A DNA stretch of 64,000 bases. Origin: an uncultured Erysipelotrichaceae bacterium (GTDB taxonomy: Bacteria > Bacillota_I > Bacilli_A > RF39 > UBA660). The position numbers were made by a program, and so were the translations under genes. This document shows, piece after piece, positions 47,246 to 53,907 of the stretch. The notes under the pieces are model-generated. The model did not search any database. It saw nothing but the letters and a program-made list of their open reading frames with translations, and was not told the origin of the DNA. The DNA is taken from positions 76,603 through 140,602 of the forward strand of contig CADBGE010000001.1 in NCBI GenBank assembly GCA_902794075.1, read 5' to 3'. Each line of letters starts with the position of its first letter. Within the stretch, counting starts at the first letter, position 1.

Positions 47246-47332
47246 ATGCCACCGAAGGAATCGAACCTCCACCCGAATCACCAGGGATGTACCTGCGGGT
47301 TCCCATGTGTATGCAGCTAACATACGGTGGCA
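47246..47332 (-). ncRNA. tRNA-like element, 87 nt, anticodon unassigned
   Basis: Acceptor tgccacc/ggtggca and T arm ggagg-ttcgatt-ccttc are canonical. The remainder (gtatg-ttagctg-catac hairpin, acccg...cgggt helix) does not fit a D/anticodon arm layout. Confidence 0.35.
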
Positions 47333-47380
47333 ATATAAAAAATTGAAATCCCTATAGGTAAATGTAAATCATCATTCATA

Positions 47381-47450
47381 ATCAATAGATGGGATTCGAA
47401 CCCATAATCTCTGAACGTTACAGCGGTAATACCGTTTGCCTAACTAATGA
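47381..47450 (-). ncRNA. tRNA-like element, 70 nt, anticodon unassigned, embedded in a longer closing helix
   Basis: Acceptor tcattag/ctattga (one U-U mismatch) and T arm atggg-ttcgaat-cccat. No 5+7+5 anticodon arm found. Flanks pair: ttgaaatc (47343-47350) with gatttcaa (47473-47480), and aatgtaaat with atttacatt. Confidence 0.35.
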
Positions 47451-47490
47451 CTGGTGAACAATCATTTACATTGATTTCAATTTTTATTTT

Positions 47491-47610
47491 AAAGTTGAAA
47501 TTCTTGCAAGATTGAATGCTTATCTCGGGATGATCTTCTGTCATCTCTGAGGTTGATTTTCCCCAGAACCATTATCAGTGTTCTACATCCGCATTCAAAA
47601 TTTCAACTTT
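47491..47610 (-). ncRNA. structured spacer module closed by a 20-bp interrupted helix
   Basis: aaagttgaaatt..ttgaatgc (47491-47520) pairs with gcattcaa-aatttcaacttt (47591-47610). Two internal hairpins: 7-bp tctgggg/cctcaga, and gatga/tcatc with a 7-nt loop. Confidence 0.3.
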
Positions 47611-47614
47611 ATTG

Positions 47615-47689
47615 TACTGCCAACGGGACTCGAACCCGTAATCTCCGCCGTGAAAGGGCGACGTCCTAAACCAATTAGACGATGGCAGC
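47615..47689 (-). tRNA. tRNA-Glu(TTC)
   Basis: 75 nt. Acceptor gctgcca/tggcagt (G1-U72), anticodon arm tcgcc-ctTTCac-ggcgg, T arm acggg-ttcgagt-cccgt. Confidence 0.8.
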
Positions 47690-47919
47690 ATATTGAGATT
47701 TCACAGTAATCTCAAAACTGTATACGTGAGCAATTTGATATGGAGTGTACTGCTCATTGATTCATGTTGTGATCTCAACAGTTATCTCTCCTGAATGGAA
47801 CATTATCCGGAATAATTCCAAACCATCGGACCTTACTCAGATTTGAATTACATCAGGGATCTCTCAGGAAAATTTCCGAGGCTGATTTGTATCTGCAATA
47901 AAACCAGCAAACATTTTTG

Positions 47920-47991
47920 CGCTTGTGGAGAATTACGATATCCCGACCTAGTGGTTAACAGCCACTCGCTCTACCTCTGAGCTACACAAGC
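47920..47991 (-). tRNA. tRNA-Asn(GTT) with unusual T loop
   Basis: 72 nt. Perfect acceptor gcttgtg/cacaagc, anticodon arm agtgg-ctGTTaa-ccact. T arm gggat-atcgtaa-ttctc (A at position 54, 53-61 unpaired). Confidence 0.7.
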
Positions 47992-48000
47992 ATATTTCAT

Positions 48001-48103
48001 AATCAACCGAACTTATCGTCACTTCATCGATAACATAGCACTTTGTGCCTCATTTATCATTACAAACAGAAGTTAGACTAAACAAAACGTTTAACTGTTG
48101 ATT
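48001..48103 (-). ncRNA. structured spacer module closed by a 7-bp helix
   Basis: aatcaac (48001-48007) pairs with gttgatt (48097-48103). Internal hairpin ttatcg/cgataa. Lies between tRNA-Asn and tRNA-Val. Confidence 0.25.
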
Positions 48104-48114
48104 ACGAAGTTTTG

Positions 48115-48189
48115 TGGGCAATGTTGGATTCGAACCAACGACCCCTTGCTTGTAAGGCAAGTGCTCTGAACCAGCTGAGCTAATTCCCC
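48115..48189 (-). tRNA. tRNA-Val(TAC)
   Basis: 75 nt. Acceptor ggggaat/attgccc (one G-G mismatch), anticodon arm cttgc-ctTACaa-gcaag, T arm gttgg-ttcgaat-ccaac. Confidence 0.8.
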
Positions 48190-48276
48190 AGAAAAGTGGT
48201 GTCCTAACAATTAAACGACAAATTTTAAAAAATTTGATTGAGTTCATACCCCAATATCTCCACCAAAATAATTTAC

Positions 48277-48385
48277 GAAACTGACATATTGAAATTCTGT
48301 GCAGTAAACCATGAATTGTAATTTAGTACGTTCTACTAAGTGCACCAATTATTCTAAGGTTAATTTCAACTTAGGTATCAGTTTC
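48277..48385 (-). ncRNA. structured spacer module closed by an 8-bp helix
   Basis: gaaactga (48277-48284) pairs with tcagtttc (48378-48385). A nested 8-bp helix ttgaaatt/aatttcaa and the hairpin tagta-cgttc-tacta are also present. Confidence 0.3.
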
Positions 48386-48386
48386 T

Positions 48387-48504
48387 AAATGAGAATAAAC
48401 AATACTTACGAATTGCCACCAATAAGCATCGTATAAAGAAATAAGGGAGTCTATAAGGAGGCAATTTTCTCTGCTTATACTTGCCTTTCATTCTATTCTC
48501 ATTT
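48387..48504 (-). ncRNA. structured spacer module closed by a 10-bp helix, pseudoknot-like interior
   Basis: aaatgagaat (48387-48396) pairs with attctcattt (48495-48504). Inside, aattgcc...ataagca...ggcaatt...tgcttat are interleaved 7-bp complements. Confidence 0.3.
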
Positions 48505-48506
48505 TG

Positions 48507-48595
48507 CGGAAGCTGAGGGATTCGAACCCCCGGAACCTTGTTAAGGCTCGCCGGTTTTCAAGACCGGTGCAATCGACCAACTCTGCCAAACTTCC
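48507..48595 (-). tRNA. tRNA-Ser(TGA), class II
   Basis: 89 nt. Acceptor ggaagtt/agcttcc, anticodon arm ccggt-ctTGAaa-accgg, long variable arm, T arm ggggg-ttcgaat-ccctc. Close to E. coli tRNA-Ser(UGA). Confidence 0.85.
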
Positions 48596-48911
48596 GTAAT
48601 ATTAAATAATATAAAAATAAGTGTGTTGTTAAACCAAAAAATCCATAGTGTTCTTATGAACGTATGTGATCTTGACCAGAACAACTAAGGCCATTATATC
48701 ACATTACTCAGGTTCCGCCTGAACTGTTCCTGCAACCTCTTTCACTATTTGTCATGGATTTGATTTCAGCTACTTGAGACAGTTCTGATACTTTCAGACA
48801 TAGTTACAATTTACTCTTTAAAAGATGGACACTTTCAATCCCACTTCCTTATTTATATTATCGTATTCAGTATTTCCAACATGTCAAAGAACTTTGTTTT
48901 GTTGTTTTTAT
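48596..48911 (-). ncRNA. promoter-proximal leader RNA upstream of tRNA-Ser (paralogue of 50467..50720)
   Basis: No credible ORF here. Shares the 15-mer ccaacatgtcaaaga (48876-48890), ttgtcatggattt (48749-48761) and gcaacctc (48732-48739), in the same order, with the 50.5-50.7 kb segment. Preceded by a consensus promoter. Confidence 0.35.
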
Positions 48912-48917
48912 ATAATC

Positions 48918-48946
48918 AATATATAAATGATTATATGAAAATTCAA
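48918..48946 (-). promoter_or_regulatory. sigma-70-like promoter TTGAAT-N17-TATATT
   Basis: Minus strand: TTGAAT (48946-48941), 17 nt, TATATT (48923-48918). Drives the leader RNA / tRNA-Ser sub-cluster. Confidence 0.55.
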
Positions 48947-49004
48947 ACTTTTTTAATTTTTTGCACCCGAAGTGAAACTCGTCATCTCAGCAAAATATTT
49001 TAAG

Positions 49005-49079
49005 TGGACCCAGAGGGTCATGATCCCCCGACCTTGACATTATGAGTGTCCTGCTCTATACCAACTGAGCTATGGGTCC
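49005..49079 (-). tRNA. tRNA with CAT anticodon (Met or Ile2), unusual T loop
   Basis: 75 nt. Perfect acceptor ggaccca/tgggtcc, anticodon arm ggaca-ctCATaa-tgtca (27-43 mismatch), T arm ggggg-atcatga-ccctc (A at position 54). Confidence 0.65.
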
Positions 49080-49960
49080 TATTTCATTTTTCTACCTTTT
49101 ATCCAACCGTTGTTAATATAATCATTAAGTTCTTCTTTTTTAATTTTTATATTAATTGGTTTATTATTTTCATCAAATTTATAAATCCAGCATGTCCCGT
49201 ATTGTGAATTATTTTTACCCTTACCGTGATTTATTAATTTATATGTTTCTTTTTGTTTTTTAATTGATTCAGGTTTATGTTTTCTTCCAGTCCATATACA
49301 TTTTAATTCTCCAGATAAATATCTTGGATCATCAACTGAAACAGAATAATAATTTCCGTTTTTATCTTTTACAGATACTTTATTTTTTCCTAAAGCAATA
49401 TATTCACCAGATATATATCTTGGATCATCAACTGAAACAGAATAATAATTTCCATTTTTATCTTTTACTGTTATTTTGTTTTTTGTTAAAGCTTCATAAA
49501 TTTCTTTGTTATATTCTTCCTTTTTTATCATCAAATGTTCTCCTGTTGATTTTATTTTTACAGGAATTAAACCTTTTGTTGATGGTGTGTATTCACCGCT
49601 CATATATTTTGGATCATTTTTTGAACATCTAAAATAGTTTCCGTCTTTATCTTTTACAGGCACAGAACCATACGTATTCCATCCTTTTCCGCCACATTGA
49701 ATATTATAACATTCAGGATCATGAACTAAATCTTCTGTAACAATTTCAGATTCATATTGATATGCCTCATTTATAGTATTAAAATATTTTAATATTTCTT
49801 TACTAAAGTTTTCAATACCATATTTCTTATATGCATATTTTAATCTTGTGCCTGAACCCATATATCCATCATCTAAATTATCTGTACAATGTACACCATA
49901 ATAAAAATGATTATTTATATTATTTGTTATTTTATAGAAATAATTGTATTTTCTTTTCAT
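49079..49960 (-). CDS. GIY-YIG homing endonuclease (Seg-like), second copy
   Basis: The track ORF starts at TTG 49969. The ATG at 49960 gives MKRKYNYFYKITNNINNHFYYGVHCT...GYMGSG...YGIENF. The TAG stop abuts the tRNA 5' end. C-terminal repeats KDKNGNYYSVSVDDPRY(I/L)SGE. Confidence 0.8.
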   Translation of the reverse strand: MKRKYNYFYKITNNINNHFYYGVHCTDNLDDGYMGSGTRLKYAYKKYGIENFSKEILKYFNTINEAYQYESEIVTEDLVHDPECYNIQCGGKGWNTYGSVPVKDKDGNYFRCSKNDPKYMSGEYTPSTKGLIPVKIKSTGEHLMIKKEEYNKEIYEALTKNKITVKDKNGNYYSVSVDDPRYISGEYIALGKNKVSVKDKNGNYYSVSVDDPRYLSGELKCIWTGRKHKPESIKKQKETYKLINHGKGKNNSQYGTCWIYKFDENNKPINIKIKKEELNDYINNGWIKGRKMK

Positions 49961-50032
49961 AATGTTCAATGATATTTTATATATATTTATATTGAACTAT
50001 ATAATTAAAAATAATAAATTATTTCTAATTAG

Positions 50033-50106
50033 TAGGGATGATGGGTACTGCCCCCACTATCTCGAATTTATAAGATTCGCGCTTCTACTGTCTAAGCTAC
50101 ATCCCA
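50033..50106 (-). tRNA. tRNA-Ile(TAT) with aberrant T loop
   Basis: 74 nt. Anticodon arm cgaat-ctTATaa-attcg, acceptor gggatg/catccc (6 bp plus a terminal U-U). T arm gtggg-GGCAGTA-cccat, and the D loop agacagtag lacks GG. Confidence 0.6.
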
Positions 50107-50113
50107 ATGTTTG

Positions 50114-50187
50114 TGGAGCCATGGGGAGTCGAACCCCAGACCTTCTGCGTGCAAAGCAGACGCTCTACCAAACTGAGCTATGACCCC
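50114..50187 (-). tRNA. tRNA-Ala(TGC)
   Basis: 74 nt. Acceptor ggggtca/tggctcc with G3:U70, anticodon arm tctgc-ttTGCac-gcaga, T arm tgggg-ttcgact-cccca. Confidence 0.85.
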
Positions 50188-50190
50188 ATA

Positions 50191-50382
50191 AAAGTAAAAT
50201 GTTCTACACGCTCTGACTTTCACAGATACCCTCTAAAGATTTTAAAATCTCCCTTTAGCAAGGATTCCTTACCAAATATACAGATGCAACTCTGCCCCTT
50301 GCTTCCGCTCCATCACAGGCATACTTTATCAGCAGACGGTAAGATCTCTAATAAATTTCCTGTACCTCGAACTATTTACTTT
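50191..50382 (-). ncRNA. structured spacer module (about 190 nt) closed by an 8-bp helix
   Basis: aaagtaaa (50191-50198) pairs with tttacttt (50375-50382). Internal palindrome agattttaaaatct flanked by ctaaag/ctttag. Lies between tRNA-Leu(TAG) and tRNA-Ala. Confidence 0.3.
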
Positions 50383-50385
50383 TTG

Positions 50386-50466
50386 TACCCCATCTCCGAC
50401 TCGAACGGAGACCCAGTAAAGGATGGCTTCTAAGGCCACTGACTATACCAATTCGTCTAATGGGGT
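50386..50466 (-). tRNA. tRNA-Leu(TAG), class II
   Basis: 81 nt. Acceptor accccat/atggggt, anticodon arm gtggc-ctTAGaa-gccat, 12-nt variable arm, T arm ctccg-ttcgagt-cggag. Confidence 0.8.
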
Positions 50467-50720
50467 ATCTTATCTCAAACACTGAGGCTGTGAACCCTCT
50501 TGGATGTTCTCACCTGGCAACCTCCACAACTTGCCTTCACAAACAGCACCAAACAATTGTTTGAGATTTGTTTAGCACTCAAGGGAGCTTTTGTCATAGG
50601 GATTTCGCGTACTAATTTCCAAATGACTACTTGCATTATCCCAGGAATGCAAAAAGTTCTTTGTTTATCGGTACCAACATGTCAAAGACCTTAGTTATAA
50701 TGATTATTCAAATCATTTAC
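50467..50720 (-). ncRNA. promoter-proximal leader RNA upstream of tRNA-Leu(TAG) (paralogue of 48596..48911)
   Basis: Contains ccaacatgtcaaaga (50674-50688), ttgtcatagggattt (50591-50605) and gcaacctc (50527-50534). Hairpins ttgcatt/aatgcaa and a 9-bp atctcaaac/gtttgagat helix are present. The track ORFs here are implausible. Confidence 0.35.
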
Positions 50721-50726
50721 AATTAT

Positions 50727-50755
50727 AATATATAAATACCACAGAGAAAATTTAA
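50727..50755 (-). promoter_or_regulatory. sigma-70-like promoter TTAAAT-N17-TATATT
   Basis: Minus strand: TTAAAT (50755-50750), 17 nt, TATATT (50732-50727), at the head of the 50.7-49.0 kb RNA/tRNA/GIY-YIG unit. Confidence 0.55.
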
Positions 50756-50810
50756 ATGCTAAATTGTTAAAATATATAAAAATTTTAGATACTCAATTTT
50801 TGAAGTTTAC

Positions 50811-50845
50811 TGAAAAAATTTAGGGAACCCTGATTGAGGATTCCC
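50811..50845 (-). terminator. terminator candidate
   Basis: Hairpin gggaacc (50823-50829) / ggattccc (50838-50845), followed on the minus strand by a T-run (plus-strand aaaaaa at 50813-50818). Confidence 0.4.
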
Positions 50846-51046
50846 TTATGAAGTGGTATTCAATATTCTTAAGTTTTACGGAATCCTCAGTACACTTACA
50901 TACGCTTCTGGTAATGATATGTTTGTATCATTATTGAGTTGTGATTTTGATATGTATGTATAAAGTTTCATCCTTTGTTGTTTTATATAATATATATAAA
51001 AATATAAATTTCTTAAAGAAAAATTCAAAATTTTGCTAAAAAATAA

Positions 51047-51349
51047 TTAAAATCCTTCATCTCTTAACCATTCCTTTGCATGACGAACGATAAGTGCATC
51101 AATATCGCGACGATCACTAGCATTTTTATACTTATGCTCAAGCCATTCGAGACCATCATAATCATATAAGAAGTTCTCAAGGAAGTCTTCAATGTCATCG
51201 CCATCAGCAAGAGACATAACAACGGTCTCTACCCATTCCTTACCGTCTGTTTCATAATTTGAATCAAGAACATCCATATATACTTCATATAAATATTCGA
51301 GATCATCTTGACTTATGGATTCATTGATGTATTCTATTAAACTTTTCAT
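51047..51349 (-). CDS. small acidic protein with MKSL leader
   Basis: 100 aa. Starts MKSLIEYINE. Very Asp/Glu-rich. Confidence 0.65.
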   Translation of the reverse strand: MKSLIEYINESISQDDLEYLYEVYMDVLDSNYETDGKEWVETVVMSLADGDDIEDFLENFLYDYDGLEWLEHKYKNASDRRDIDALIVRHAKEWLRDEGF

Positions 51350-51417
51350 AATAAACTGTTTTTTATATATTAAAAATAAACTGTTTTTTTTTGCTTATAT
51401 ATTAAAAATAACAATTT

Positions 51418-52215
51418 TCATATTTCATATAAATCTATCTTTCCAGACATTCCTTCAAGCATGTCAAGACAAACAAACTTACAGCCATGATCATACTCAT
51501 TTTCCATAATCATTGAGCCATTTGTTAGTAAAGCCTTTTCATGTTCTGTAAATCCATCATTAGGAACATATGTTTCATAATGCATATGAAAATGACCATG
51601 AAACCAATATTTAAGATTCTTGCATATGTCAAAATATACATTACTTAATATTAGTCTATCGTTTTTTGCTCGTATGTCATCATCATCTGACATCCATGAA
51701 ATACGTTCATATTTTGGAGAAACAAACATCGGAGCACTATGGCTTACAACAATATCAACAGAATCAAGAAGCATTGAATTGTTTTCATTTACAATGTTTC
51801 TGTCATATTCTTGCACAGATTCTTTAGACCACCAAGTTTTATTTTCTGTTCTATATATTCTATCAACAGAGGTAGCACCACCAATGCATAATATATTGTG
51901 ATTATTTATTGTCAATATTTCATAATCTTTAATGAAATGAATATTACTATAATAAACATCTAATGGTGTTTCTGAAGTAAAGAATATTGGATTATCGTGA
52001 TTACCACGAATAAGACACAACTGTATATTATGTTGAGATAACTTTTTATTCATTCTGTTAAATTCATCAACATAATAATTTAGTTTATGGAAACCCATCC
52101 CAATATCACCACAAGCAAATACATAACAATCATGAAGCTGCTTCTGGTGTATCACATAAAATATAAGTGGCCGGAAATTTCCATGAATGTCTCCTATAAA
52201 ATATGTTTTGTTCAT
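51418..52215 (-). CDS. calcineurin-like metallophosphoesterase
   Basis: 265 aa. Ordered motifs GDIHGN, GDIGMG, GNHDN, SHSAP and GHFHMH. Lies directly downstream of the interrupted tRNA-Arg gene. Confidence 0.8.
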   Translation of the reverse strand: MNKTYFIGDIHGNFRPLIFYVIHQKQLHDCYVFACGDIGMGFHKLNYYVDEFNRMNKKLSQHNIQLCLIRGNHDNPIFFTSETPLDVYYSNIHFIKDYEILTINNHNILCIGGATSVDRIYRTENKTWWSKESVQEYDRNIVNENNSMLLDSVDIVVSHSAPMFVSPKYERISWMSDDDDIRAKNDRLILSNVYFDICKNLKYWFHGHFHMHYETYVPNDGFTEHEKALLTNGSMIMENEYDHGCKFVCLDMLEGMSGKIDLYEI

Positions 52216-52231
52216 TTGTGTTTTCTTTTTG

Positions 52232-52380
52232 TACCCCAGGTGCGATTCGAACGCACAACTTACGGCTTAGTTCTCGTGTAAGGAATTGAACCTTTATTTT
52301 ACCTGGTCACGAGATTTTGAATTTTTCGTAAAATTCTAACGTAAGAAGGCCGTTACTCTTTCCAATTGAGTTACTGGGGC
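52232..52380 (-). tRNA. tRNA-Arg(TCT) gene interrupted by a 75-nt insertion in the anticodon loop
   Basis: 5' part 52380-52344: gccccag-ta-actc-aattggaaa-gagt-a-acggc-cttct. 3' part 52268-52232: aa-gccgt-aagtt-gtgcg-ttcgaat-cgcac-ctggggt-a. Joined, the loop reads CUUCUAA as in E. coli tRNA-Arg(UCU). The insertion is 52343-52269. Confidence 0.7.
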
Positions 52381-52386
52381 AATTAC

Positions 52387-52415
52387 ATTATATAATTATA
52401 ATATATAACTTTCAA
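52387..52415 (-). promoter_or_regulatory. near-consensus sigma-70 promoter TTGAAA-N17-TATAAT
   Basis: Minus strand: TTGAAA (52415-52410), exactly 17 nt, TATAAT (52392-52387), then 6 nt to the tRNA-Arg 5' G at 52380. Confidence 0.6.
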
Positions 52416-52425
52416 GTCATTTAGT

Positions 52426-52806
52426 TTAAAAACAAGGATCTCTATAATTATCTGCAGAACCAAATCTTACTGAGCAAGTTTCCCAGAGTCCAGAACCCTT
52501 TGGAAGCCATCGACCATTCTTGCGAAGAGTATATTCAGTACCTTGATAGTATGATCCGAAGTTTTTGTACTTCTTAATTGCTTCCTCACCATCAAAATGC
52601 TCCGGATCTTTAATGTATGCTTCATAATCAGTATCATGCATATAAGTAACGATAACTTTCTTTGGAGATTTTACTTCAAGAACAATCATTGCATATCTAT
52701 CAGATCCAACGAACATTGTTGCTGGCATTCCAACTTTCGGAGTCTCATTAGCACGAGTATTCATTACTTCATTGATGCAAGCATGAGAAATAGAAGAAAC
52801 TGTCAT
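52426..52806 (-). CDS. hypothetical protein
   Basis: 126 aa, ATG start. Confidence 0.6.
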   Translation of the reverse strand: MTVSSISHACINEVMNTRANETPKVGMPATMFVGSDRYAMIVLEVKSPKKVIVTYMHDTDYEAYIKDPEHFDGEEAIKKYKNFGSYYQGTEYTLRKNGRWLPKGSGLWETCSVRFGSADNYRDPCF

Positions 52807-52879
52807 AATCTTAATAAATTTAGATAGTTAAACAATCAAAAAGTTTAAGGGACTTCATTTTTATATGATTTTAAAAAAA

Positions 52880-53194
52880 TTATGCAGTTTTTGACCTAAA
52901 CCAAGGACGTTTTGACTTAAGATATTTATTAGCGAGTTCATTAATATATTCAACATCTTCGTGAATATTCAAAGTTGAATCATTAACCACAAAAGTTCCA
53001 TCAGTTGGTTCTTTGTAAGAATCTTTACGATTATCCTCATTAAATGTTGCCAAATCACGATCCTCATCAATTGTCATTTCTCGGCAAATTTCACGATTTT
53101 GGCGGCGAGTCTTTCGATTACGATCACGGTAAAATTCCGTGTTTGTTCCGCCACAATGACCAATTCGGATGTTCTTACGATAAGTCTTACCCAT
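52880..53194 (-). CDS. hypothetical basic protein
   Basis: 104 aa with an Arg/Lys-rich N-terminal half (RKNIRIGHCGG...RDRNRKTRRQNRE). Confidence 0.6.
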   Translation of the reverse strand: MGKTYRKNIRIGHCGGTNTEFYRDRNRKTRRQNREICREMTIDEDRDLATFNEDNRKDSYKEPTDGTFVVNDSTLNIHEDVEYINELANKYLKSKRPWFRSKTA

Positions 53195-53239
53195 AATTTG
53201 TTTTAATTAAAAGTTATTATAATTAAAAATTACAATTAT

Positions 53240-53268
53240 AAAATATAAAGATATCCCAAAAAATTCAA
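53240..53268 (-). promoter_or_regulatory. sigma-70-like promoter variant TTGAAT-N17-TATTTT
   Basis: Minus strand: TTGAAT (53268-53263), 17 nt, TATTTT (53245-53240). Confidence 0.4.
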
Positions 53269-53277
53269 AGAATTGGA

Positions 53278-53808
53278 TTATTTTTTTCCTAAGAACAGAT
53301 CATAATATTCATCATTGCCAATAACGATAATAATGAATTCATCAGTTTCATCATATTCAAAAGCATATCCATTCATATCATTAAATTCTAACTGTTTTAA
53401 TTCTATATTCTTATTAATCATTTCATCGAATGCTTTTGAAATGAATTCATTTTTTCCATTAACTTCAATCATATACGTTTCATTACATTGCTTCAATAAA
53501 CGTATAGTTTCAATAGCATTTTTTATTTCTGAAAGTTTGTGCCCAAACGCTGATGTAATGTCTGCAGCTTCAACAAATGCATTATCTGGGCTAATTTGTG
53601 TGTATATTAGACCACCTTTTCTTTCGTCTATCGACCGCCATATTTTTGATAATATTTCATTAAGATCATCTGAAGAATTTTTATAGTTCTTATTAATGAC
53701 AAGTTTTTCATCCACTTGTGATGGAAATATGACAAGTTTTTCATTTAAATATTCATTTAAAGAATAAAGATCTTTCACATGTGAAATATATTTACTTAAT
53801 GATATCAT
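53278..53808 (-). CDS. hypothetical protein, doubled leader plus one FPSQV unit
   Basis: 176 aa. Starts MISLSKYISHVKDLYSLNEYLNEKLVIFPSQVDEKLVINKNYK. Confidence 0.7.
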   Translation of the reverse strand: MISLSKYISHVKDLYSLNEYLNEKLVIFPSQVDEKLVINKNYKNSSDDLNEILSKIWRSIDERKGGLIYTQISPDNAFVEAADITSAFGHKLSEIKNAIETIRLLKQCNETYMIEVNGKNEFISKAFDEMINKNIELKQLEFNDMNGYAFEYDETDEFIIIVIGNDEYYDLFLGKK

Positions 53809-53907
53809 CTATTTATTATATATTATATTTACAGATATAATCTAGAAACGTTACTTCAAAAATTAAAAGAATTGGATTATTTTTTCTATTTTTTAGGATG
53901 TAGAAAT

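Noticed and set aside
48876-48890. TTGACA inside the conserved 15-mer (minus strand TCTTTGACATGTTGG) as a -35 box
   Set aside because: Only the 48.9-kb copy has a passable -10 at 16 nt (TACGAT), and the 50.7-kb copy has none. Both copies already lie downstream of a consensus TTrAAT-N17-TATATT promoter.
43658-50694. Track ORFs inside the RNA region: 43658..43897, 45964..46149, 46573..46803, 46791..46976, 48050..48247, 49944..50183, 50107..50433 and 50500..50694. Also 52087..52281, which lies outside the stated span.
   Set aside because: They run across or antisense to tRNA genes and GC-richer structured segments. They have Cys/Pro/Arg-rich low-complexity translations unlike the rest of the proteome, and no proper start context.
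52269-52343. Group I self-splicing intron in the tRNA-Arg anticodon loop
   Set aside because: At 75 nt it is far below the roughly 200 nt minimum for group I introns. I could not place P3-P7-type elements or a G-binding site. It is kept as an unexplained insertion (see findings).
43538-52380. tRNA cluster as an integration site or prophage boundary
   Set aside because: There is no integrase, recombinase or attachment-site-like repeat in the window. Flanking genes on both sides are phage genes in the same transcriptional orientation.
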